Origin: Fibrobacteria bacterium
GTDB lineage: Bacteria > Fibrobacterota > Fibrobacteria > UBA11236 > JADFYW01
Assembly: GCA_050294405.1 (NCBI GenBank)
Contig: JBNKOC010000011.1
Span: forward strand, 1-64,000
Direction of reading: 5' to 3'
DNA length: 64,000 nt
In this document: in pieces, positions 1 through 7,839 of the stretch
Position numbering within the stretch: the first letter of the stretch is position 1
Layout of the letters: every line of letters starts with the position of its first letter
Made by a program: the position numbers and the translations under genes
The notes under the pieces: generated by a model
The model's input: only the letters and a program-made list of their open reading frames with translations
Told to the model about the DNA's origin: nothing
Databases searched by the model: none

Positions 1-1
1 A

Positions 2-370
2 GCTGTAACAGGAAATATTTTCGCAGGAAATAAAAAAGAATGTTCAAAGCAAGTGATGATTGCTATAAAACCCCTTTTAATTCAAAAACAAGTGGTAAAG
101 TCTAAACTTCAATCTGCAAAATCAAAAGCGCTAAGAGAAAACAAAGAATACATGAAGCTTAAAAAAGAGCAAAAAATAAAAATGAAAGAGGCTGATGGAG
201 TTGCAACTATTGAATTAAAAGATTTAAGCGAAAAAATTAAATCAGAAAAAAAGAAGGTAAAAGGTTCAGCTAACCTAAAGCAACTGGAAAAAGAACTTGA
301 TGATATTGAAGCATCGATTGCTACAGCAAAGGCTGATGTTAAAAAGAACGATGCCAGTTGTAAGGAATAA
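2..370 (+). CDS. Secreted Lys/Glu-rich coiled-coil protein, 5'-truncated by the window edge
   Basis: Frame is open from position 2 (AVTGNIFA-GNKKECSKQ...), resembling the end of a signal peptide. K/E-rich helical sequence with one Cys near each end. Confidence 0.6.
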   Translation, partial: AVTGNIFAGNKKECSKQVMIAIKPLLIQKQVVKSKLQSAKSKALRENKEYMKLKKEQKIKMKEADGVATIELKDLSEKIKSEKKKVKGSANLKQLEKELDDIEASIATAKADVKKNDASCKE

Positions 371-410
371 AAAACTTTAAAAAGCTATTGGCACTTTAAC
401 TAAATAGAAA

Positions 411-941
411 ATGATAAAAGAATTGTTAAAAAAGATATTAATTACATATGTTCTATTCTTTGTGAATGTTATGGCAGAAAATACTAGTCAGACTGATGAA
501 CAAAAATGGGAAAAAAGAAAAGCTCATTACAAAGAAAATTATCAAAAAAAAGTGAGACTTCAAGATTTTTGCAAAAACAAACATGAACAAGAAATTCAAA
601 AAAGCACTTCAGAATTATTAGAACAAAAGAAAAAAAAAATAAGTGAATATCGAGAGGAATCTACCAAGATTTTAAAAAATAATATTGAATACCAAAAAAA
701 CAAGAAACAGATAGAAGCTATGCAAGTAAAAGAAAATTCTGGAGAAAAATTAAGTCCAGAATTAAGAAGTAAAATTTTTGCCAATTATAAAAAAGAACGA
801 GAAATTTTGAAATCGAAAAAGTTGGTGGAGAAATTGGATGCTCTGAAAGAAATTGATTCTAAAATCCAAAATAAAATTGATGAAATTTACAAAAAAGATA
901 AGTCGTGTTCGAATATTGTCATAACAAGGACAGTTAACTGA
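411..941 (+). CDS. Secreted coiled-coil hypothetical protein
   Basis: Signal peptide (MIKELLKKILITYVLFFVNVMA-E), K/E-rich helices, two Cys. Stop overlaps the next start (TGATG). Confidence 0.7.
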   Translation: MIKELLKKILITYVLFFVNVMAENTSQTDEQKWEKRKAHYKENYQKKVRLQDFCKNKHEQEIQKSTSELLEQKKKKISEYREESTKILKNNIEYQKNKKQIEAMQVKENSGEKLSPELRSKIFANYKKEREILKSKKLVEKLDALKEIDSKIQNKIDEIYKKDKSCSNIVITRTVN

Positions 942-3900
942 TGGTTCTACAAACAAGTGGTAACTTATTGACGAGGGCAGTGTTAAGTCTGTGTTCGAAA
1001 AATTTTGTTGGGTTTATACTGCTATCAATTTTTCAATCCACAATTTATTCTTATACTCATGTAGTTTATAAGCCACCAATAGCCACTAGTTGCATTCAGA
1101 ATCCGGATTTCGAGTATGATTATTCAACAGGTGGATTAATCCAGCAGGCTATTAACGCAGCTATTAATGGTGATGAAATAATTATTTGTGCTGGTACATA
1201 CACCGAAGAACTTACTATTAATTCAAAAAGTTTAACAATATCTGGTGTAGCAGACCCCAGAGATGCTGAAATTGGGTCTCGTACAATCCTGAGTAGGGAT
1301 GCCAGTTACCTAAATATTTTGTCAATTGTAAACAACATTGATGATGTTGTAACTTTAAATAAACTTGAATTTTTGGGTTCAACCACAAATATTGGAAGAG
1401 GCCTTTCTGTGATTGGTGGGACAATTAACTTAAACGAAATGTTCTTTGAAGGTAATAATCTGGGCTCTGGTTCTGGTGGTGTAGAAGAGGATGTAGGTGG
1501 GGCTTTATTTCTAAAAAACACTATTTCAAATATTAGTAATACTGAATTTTTTGATAATCATTCCGATGCTGCAGGAGGTGCCATTCATCAGGTTGCCGAG
1601 GCTTCTTGTGTAGGTGAGCTTAATTTAAATCAATCAGTTATAATTTTAAACGGAAGTGCAGTTGGTGGAGGAGTTTCTACTGTAGGTTCCGCTTCTTGTA
1701 TTTTACCCGTAGTAATATCAGACGTTGTATTTATTGAAAATAACGTTTGGGGGGCCGGTGGGGGTATTTACGCTACCAATTCAAATATAAATATTTTTGA
1801 AGTTGATTTAATGGGGAATAGTGTTATTACTGGTCCCGGGGGGGCTATTCAATCAGGATTATCTGAAATAGTAATTTCGAATTCGTATTTTACTCGGAAT
1901 TTTGCTGGAATAGGAGGAGCTGCAGATATTCATAGTTCTTCGATTGATTTTACCGACAATATATTAGAGTCAAATTATTCTACCCACCTTTCTGCAGGTG
2001 GAAGCACTCTAAATTTTTCAAGCCTAACTGGTAATCCAAAAATTAAAAAATCCATATTTTTTAATAATAATACCGGTAGTTGTGCTGGTGAGGAATGTTC
2101 GATATTAAGATATATCTCAACTCAAACGATGGAAATAGAAAACTCCCTATTCTTCTTTAATAATACTTCAAAAAGTGTTGTCAAAGGTAATTTTAATGTA
2201 CGAAATTCAACATTTTACAATAATTTGGACAATGGCGGTGGAGCGTTTACCCAATTAAATTTGCTTGAATCAAACGAAGTTTCAAATTCAATAATTTGGA
2301 TGGATGATTTGCCTGGATTAACTAGCACAAGTCTAGTAGGACCTATAAGTACAAATGTATCTCATTCTATAATAAAGGATGGTTATACTGGAGGAATAGA
2401 AATATATGATACAGGGCTTAAGGTGGAAAAAAGCGGTCCTGTAGTTCAAGGACAGCCAGGGCTATTAGATATTTTAAATTTTAGCTTGGATCCTTTATCA
2501 AAAGTTGGAATTAATCAAGGCAGTAACGCCCTGTCAGTAGGCTCAGAAGATTTGGCCGGAAACCCGAGGGTACAACATGGTACCGTTGATATAGGAGCTT
2601 ATGAGTTACAATCTCTTCCTAAGTTTAGCATCATTGTAACCTCTGAAGGTAATGGGTTTGTAGCTCCTGTTGACGATGGTAATGTGCTTGAAATCGAATC
2701 AGGTCAGGATGCAACTTTTACATTTTTTTACGGTACTGGAATTAAAGACATTATTCTTGAAAGTATTGGAGATGTCCCAATTTTTAAAAATGATTACTTG
2801 GGCAAGGGATATGAGTTAAAAAAATATGATTTTAGTGGTTCTTTCCTTCCTGGTGTGCTGGTTGATGGCGTTCCACAACAAGTTCAGGATTCCCCAATCA
2901 ACCCTATATATAAAACATTTACTTTTATTAATGTTACAGCTGACCATACCCTCCATGCAGAATTTGTCATTAAAGAATTTGATGTGACTGTTACGGTTAG
3001 CGGGCAGGCAACCCTTCCAATTCCCGGAATCTATAAGATAAATTACGATGGCTATTTTAGTATTAACCTTGAGCCAATAGATGGAAGCCAAGTTTCAGAA
3101 ATAATTGTGGACCAAGGTTTAGCCACCGAAAAAATATATTCAAATTTTTCAGAAAATATTTTTGTACTAGAAAATGTACGGGAAAATAAAACCATACATG
3201 TTGTTTTTATACCGTGTCCACCTAGAGAAGAAATTGAGCCCAATTACTTCACTTTAAAGTCTTATCTAACAGATGATGGCCTAAATCCTATTTCAACCTA
3301 TATTGTTCCAAATGGCTTTGGCAAAGTGGTTCAAAGGCAAGTTCAACTCAATAGCTCTCAGTACATGGCCACTGGTGCATACTCGGATGGCTTATTTCGC
3401 AACAAAAAGTTAATTAAACCTTTTCTTTACGATAATAGCGGTGGTTTTAAATATATTGAAATGTGCTGCGAAAACTTAGTGACTGAAGCAAATCAATATT
3501 TTAACGGAACCAATGGTGAAAAGGATGCACAGGGTTATGCCTTTACACAATTTAACTATAAGCCAAATCCCTTAGGTAAAATTGATGCGGTTGGTGGTCC
3601 CGGAGTGGACTTTTCTTTGCATCCCATAGCTGGGCATCACCCACGAGCATGGAGTTTTGGTATTCCTTCAGATGACGTTGCGGAATTTCTCTCTCCTGAG
3701 GAGTTAAGTGAGGCTCAGCTTGATGCTTTAAATTTTCTTGAGGGAGATTATGTATTAAAAGTTTTCAAAGATCCAAATAATAAATATAGCCAGTTTATTA
3801 CAGACAAAAATGGAAACTTGTTAAAATCCTGGGTTTTGTCTAATGCTGGAACAGGCGAAACTATTATCCAAGAGCAAAGTTACGATGCTTTAGGGCAATT

Positions 3901-6562
3901 AGAAACAGAGCGGCCAGATATGCCTAATTTAGAATCGGAATATAGCTATGATTCATATGGTGCAGTGACTCGCGAGAAAACTCCAGATTATGGAGAAGTA
4001 TTGTACACATTTGATGAAGCTGGAAGATTAATTTTGCTCAAAAACGAAAAGCATAAAATTCTTGATCAGAATGAGCTTACTTTTGATCATTATACAAAAA
4101 TGGAGTATGATGATATAGGTAGGCTTGAAAAAATATTGGAAGTAGCCATAGATTTGCCAGGGGTTCCTGTCCAATCAGATGTGAAACATATTAAAATCCA
4201 ATACATTTACGATTACTTTGATGCTCAGCAAATAAAAGATTTAAACCTTGAGTCCGATAATATTTATCTCACTAATACCATGATAGATGTGATTGTTTCG
4301 GAGCTAAGTTTTAAACGGGGCTTGTTAGCAGCGGAAATATCCTATGCGGAAGATGGTGAAAAAAAGGTTGTAGATATATATTCTTATGATTCGCGCGAAT
4401 TTTTAGATAAACGCTTTAAACTTTTGCCATCAGACATCCCGGTCCAAAAATTTGAATATTTAAGAAGTACAATAGGGCAGCCTCAAGAAATTCATTATTT
4501 CAGTGATTATATTTCAGATGCATGGCAGCAGGAATATTACGAAAAATATAATTATGATAATCTAGGAAGGGTTTCAAGCATTGAGCGCACAAAACCCGGG
4601 CAGGGATCACCAGAAAAATTGGTGGAATACGTCTACTCAAACAGGGGAGTGATGACTGAAGAAAAGATCTATGCCTACGGAAACTCTTCTCCAATTAAAA
4701 CTATATCATACGATTATAACATAAGGGAATGGCCAACAGAAATTTCCACCTCTGGAACGGATTCTTATTTTAAGGAGTTAATAAATTACGGCGCATTGTA
4801 TAACGGAAATACCAATAGTGTAACTTACCGCTATAAGACCCCAGGAAATGCTGAACAAGTTTTTGACTTCACCTATACTTATGATGGGGCAGATAGGCTA
4901 ACTTCTATAATTTCCCCTCAAAACTCTGATTTTGAATCTCTTTATGCTCATGATAAAGCTGGTCGCTTAATACGTAAAAAAGAGGGCAGTACCGATTACG
5001 CCGAATACCATTATGCCGATGGCAGTAATCAACTCACCCATCTTCCAAATGAAACAGACCCGGACAACAGTTTAAAAAATTATATATATGATCCAAATGG
5101 TAATGTTGTTATGGATAGGTCTAAAAACATGACCATTGATTATGATTGGCGAGATATGCCCGTTAAATTCAGAATTTATCAATCTATTCCTGCGCAAGAA
5201 TTTACTTGGGAGCAGGTTAAAGACAATGGTTTGGCTATTAATTACTCGGCTACACTTACCATGGATATTGAAGTGCTTTATGATGCCTCTAACCAAAGGA
5301 TTAGCAAATTTGTAATAAACCTTGCTGAACCAGGTAACAGCGCATTTGCAGCTTATGTCGATCAATTCTCGGTTTTCGAAGGAAGCAACTTTGATGAATT
5401 TGGAAACCCTGGAACCATAACTTTGGATTATGTTAATTTTCAGACCTTATCTGGATATAAGGGCAGACAGTCTTTTTCTGGATCTTTGGATGAATCGTAT
5501 TATTTAACAGATACAAAGGGATCGGTTAGAGCACAACTGGATGCAACCGGAACTTTGCAACACGCAAGTATGTATCATGGTTACGGTAATATAGAGGAAG
5601 TTTATTCCGGTGCTGCTAAGAATTCACGTGAAAAATATTCAGGTAAAGAGTTTGATCAATCTACCGCTTTATATTACTACGGATTTCGTTATTTTAATCC
5701 GGAGGTAGGGAATTGGACAAGTCCAGACCCATTGCAACAATTCCATAATGGCTATTCCTTTGTTGGGGGAGACCCGATTAATTTTATCGACCCTTGGGGG
5801 TTGGAAGGGGAAGATAACTTAAATCGGTTTGATGGGGAAAAATCCACAGCGTGTAAATTACAAGATTGTGGAGGCACAGCTACAAGAAAAAAAGAACCAG
5901 TTAAAGAACCAGATACTGAAGACCCGGAAGTGGATGGTCCAAATGATAAAACGAATCCAAGTAATCCAAATTTAGCTTTTATTAATTCATACTTAACAGA
6001 AAATATGAAGAACCCCAACCGCCCACCTAAGTCCATATTAAATCCAGATGGGCTGACTTCACAGGAATTAAGACAACTCGGTTGGGAGCTTATGGCCCAA
6101 GGGGGAGGGGTATGGACATCTGATGGTGAGCTTGTGGTATTATTCAAAGATCAAAAATTATTTGCATTAGGTTTTGCAACTCTTCTTTCCAGCTTTGTGG
6201 TACCCGACAATTTGTGGGAAGGGTTTGGTGTAGGTAGTATAAAGTATGTTGGTGGCGGATTGAGCGATGCGGTTAAAGCCACAAAGAGTGCCTTTCGAGT
6301 TGCCAAAGAAGGGGGACGACATGCAGGGCAGTTAAAACAGTTTATGAAGCAGACGCCTCAACAGTTGCAAAAAACAATAAAATCTTTTGATAAACAAATT
6401 TCTCGACATCAAAATTGGATTAAAAATCCAGCTTCAAAGGTGAAGAATTTCAATCAATTATCTAAACAACACCAAAATAATTTGATTCATCATTGGACCC
6501 AGGACATTGCAAGACATCAGGAACTCAGGAGCATTGCTTCTGATGTACTAAAAGGAAATTAA
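941..6562 (+). CDS. Rhs-repeat polymorphic toxin (C-half) with N-terminal beta-helix/adhesin-like domains and C-terminal toxin tip
   Basis: GGA(I/L)...FxxN Pmp-like repeats; DLAGNPRVQHGTVDIGAYE (choice-of-anchor Q-like); YDxxGR YD repeats; Rhs core YYYGFRYFNPEVGNWTSPDP...PINFIDPWGL; variable C-terminus. Confidence 0.92.
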   Translation: MVLQTSGNLLTRAVLSLCSKNFVGFILLSIFQSTIYSYTHVVYKPPIATSCIQNPDFEYDYSTGGLIQQAINAAINGDEIIICAGTYTEELTINSKSLTISGVADPRDAEIGSRTILSRDASYLNILSIVNNIDDVVTLNKLEFLGSTTNIGRGLSVIGGTINLNEMFFEGNNLGSGSGGVEEDVGGALFLKNTISNISNTEFFDNHSDAAGGAIHQVAEASCVGELNLNQSVIILNGSAVGGGVSTVGSASCILPVVISDVVFIENNVWGAGGGIYATNSNINIFEVDLMGNSVITGPGGAIQSGLSEIVISNSYFTRNFAGIGGAADIHSSSIDFTDNILESNYSTHLSAGGSTLNFSSLTGNPKIKKSIFFNNNTGSCAGEECSILRYISTQTMEIENSLFFFNNTSKSVVKGNFNVRNSTFYNNLDNGGGAFTQLNLLESNEVSNSIIWMDDLPGLTSTSLVGPISTNVSHSIIKDGYTGGIEIYDTGLKVEKSGPVVQGQPGLLDILNFSLDPLSKVGINQGSNALSVGSEDLAGNPRVQHGTVDIGAYELQSLPKFSIIVTSEGNGFVAPVDDGNVLEIESGQDATFTFFYGTGIKDIILESIGDVPIFKNDYLGKGYELKKYDFSGSFLPGVLVDGVPQQVQDSPINPIYKTFTFINVTADHTLHAEFVIKEFDVTVTVSGQATLPIPGIYKINYDGYFSINLEPIDGSQVSEIIVDQGLATEKIYSNFSENIFVLENVRENKTIHVVFIPCPPREEIEPNYFTLKSYLTDDGLNPISTYIVPNGFGKVVQRQVQLNSSQYMATGAYSDGLFRNKKLIKPFLYDNSGGFKYIEMCCENLVTEANQYFNGTNGEKDAQGYAFTQFNYKPNPLGKIDAVGGPGVDFSLHPIAGHHPRAWSFGIPSDDVAEFLSPEELSEAQLDALNFLEGDYVLKVFKDPNNKYSQFITDKNGNLLKSWVLSNAGTGETIIQEQSYDALGQLETERPDMPNLESEYSYDSYGAVTREKTPDYGEVLYTFDEAGRLILLKNEKHKILDQNELTFDHYTKMEYDDIGRLEKILEVAIDLPGVPVQSDVKHIKIQYIYDYFDAQQIKDLNLESDNIYLTNTMIDVIVSELSFKRGLLAAEISYAEDGEKKVVDIYSYDSREFLDKRFKLLPSDIPVQKFEYLRSTIGQPQEIHYFSDYISDAWQQEYYEKYNYDNLGRVSSIERTKPGQGSPEKLVEYVYSNRGVMTEEKIYAYGNSSPIKTISYDYNIREWPTEISTSGTDSYFKELINYGALYNGNTNSVTYRYKTPGNAEQVFDFTYTYDGADRLTSIISPQNSDFESLYAHDKAGRLIRKKEGSTDYAEYHYADGSNQLTHLPNETDPDNSLKNYIYDPNGNVVMDRSKNMTIDYDWRDMPVKFRIYQSIPAQEFTWEQVKDNGLAINYSATLTMDIEVLYDASNQRISKFVINLAEPGNSAFAAYVDQFSVFEGSNFDEFGNPGTITLDYVNFQTLSGYKGRQSFSGSLDESYYLTDTKGSVRAQLDATGTLQHASMYHGYGNIEEVYSGAAKNSREKYSGKEFDQSTALYYYGFRYFNPEVGNWTSPDPLQQFHNGYSFVGGDPINFIDPWGLEGEDNLNRFDGEKSTACKLQDCGGTATRKKEPVKEPDTEDPEVDGPNDKTNPSNPNLAFINSYLTENMKNPNRPPKSILNPDGLTSQELRQLGWELMAQGGGVWTSDGELVVLFKDQKLFALGFATLLSSFVVPDNLWEGFGVGSIKYVGGGLSDAVKATKSAFRVAKEGGRHAGQLKQFMKQTPQQLQKTIKSFDKQISRHQNWIKNPASKVKNFNQLSKQHQNNLIHHWTQDIARHQELRSIASDVLKGN

Positions 6563-6566
6563 TACG

Positions 6567-6797
6567 ATGGATAACGAAGTTTATAAAAATTATTTACTGG
6601 ATTTGGGAAAATTGATTTCGGAAATGGCATTTGAAGCAAAAAAGAAGTCAAACGACGAATATAATGATTTTAATGCCGGATATTTGTCAGGTTTTCATAG
6701 AGTAGTTTCTTTAATGGAACAACAAGCCGAAGCTTTTGGTATAGAAAAAAAGGAAATTGGAATTGAGGAAGTAGATGCTGATAGCGACCTAATTTAA
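6567..6797 (+). CDS. Putative cognate immunity protein of the Rhs toxin
   Basis: Small acidic helical ORF starting 4 bp after the Rhs stop, the usual position of an immunity gene. Confidence 0.7.
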   Translation: MDNEVYKNYLLDLGKLISEMAFEAKKKSNDEYNDFNAGYLSGFHRVVSLMEQQAEAFGIEKKEIGIEEVDADSDLI

Positions 6798-6798
6798 T

Positions 6799-7097
6799 GC
6801 CACAAAGAATGTTAATAAATTTCCTCGTCTTGATTATAAATTCGAAAAGCATGCAAAAGATTGAGGAGCAGAAAATATTACAAAACAGCTTATTCCAAAC
6901 GGGCTTCAAGTCTATTAGGGAGTAAAGTTGGTGGAAATATTAAAGGTTTCAAATCAAAAGATGGATACACTCTTAGATATAATTCAAAAACCAACGAATT
7001 TGCAACAGCGAAACCGGATGGTACTATAGAAACCCTTTTTCGTCCTAAAAGGGGAATGGATTATTGGTTAGATCAGGTGAAAAAATATGGCAACTAA
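6799..7097 (+). pseudogene. Orphan toxin tip with premature stop and frameshift
   Basis: From 6799 reads ATKNVNKFPRLDYKFEKHAKD*GAENITK (TGA at 6862-6864). It then shifts frame near 6883-6886 into TAYSKRASSLLG...TNEFATAKPDGTIETLFRP...YW. No own start codon. Confidence 0.75.
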
Positions 7098-7335
7098 TAA
7101 AAAATATAAATGTCCTTGTTGTGGATACTTAACATTGGAAGATGAAAATCATTTTGCAATTTGTGAAGTATGTTACTGGGAAGATGACCCAATTCAACGT
7201 GAAGGTCATAACTATGATGGTGGAGCAAATGAAATGAATTTATTGGAAGCAAAGGAAAATTTTAAAAAATTTGAGGCAATTAGTAAGGAATATGTTAGTA
7301 AAGTAAGGAAGCCTAGGGAAGATGAATTAGAATAA
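7087..7335 (+). CDS. CPCC-family cysteine-rich protein, putative immunity protein
   Basis: KCPCCGYLTL...ICEVCYWEDD...GGAN motif (Cys_rich_CPCC). Overlaps the end of the orphan toxin tip. Confidence 0.88.
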   Translation: MATNKKYKCPCCGYLTLEDENHFAICEVCYWEDDPIQREGHNYDGGANEMNLLEAKENFKKFEAISKEYVSKVRKPREDELE

Positions 7336-7461
7336 TATTTTTGCTACAGAAAGAACAATTGCGGTCAAGAAATTTATATGGTAGTAACGAGTGCAATATG
7401 GAGAGGTTGAGAATACAAGTTAGAATAAAATCATAAGTGTTCAAAAATCAGGAAAATAGGC

Positions 7462-7773
7462 ATGTATAAAATAATTGTAAGTGAACCTTTTAATTATAAA
7501 AATCTGGAAAACAAAAATGAAATTTTTGGAAAAATAATTAAAAGGTTTTCTACTTCCTTTTTAATAAAAATAAACCACCAGGTTAATATTAATGAAAAGG
7601 TTGGTGACCACTTACTAGTGTTCCCTAGGCATGATGGTATAGGTGATTTAAAAACAGGCATTTCGATTAATGGTTTGTTGGTATCTAGTGCCAAAAATAT
7701 TCTTAATGAAGATGAAGGGGAAATTATGAAAAAATCCAAATTTGTATTGATTGGAACTCTAATAGAAAATTAG
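7462..7773 (+). CDS. Hypothetical protein, possible orphan immunity protein
   Basis: 103-aa ORF with an AGGA SD-like sequence upstream, last member of the small-gene array. Function inferred from position only. Confidence 0.55.
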   Translation: MYKIIVSEPFNYKNLENKNEIFGKIIKRFSTSFLIKINHQVNINEKVGDHLLVFPRHDGIGDLKTGISINGLLVSSAKNILNEDEGEIMKKSKFVLIGTLIEN

Positions 7774-7839
7774 CTAAACCAAGAGTTTTTTAAAAAAGGA
7801 AGTGCTTTATTTTTGAAGTGAATTTTAAAGGCAATAATT

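Noticed and set aside
6861..7097. 78-aa ORF as an intact gene
   Set aside because: Its TTG start overlaps the premature stop of a longer frameshifted toxin tip, so it is treated as a pseudogene.
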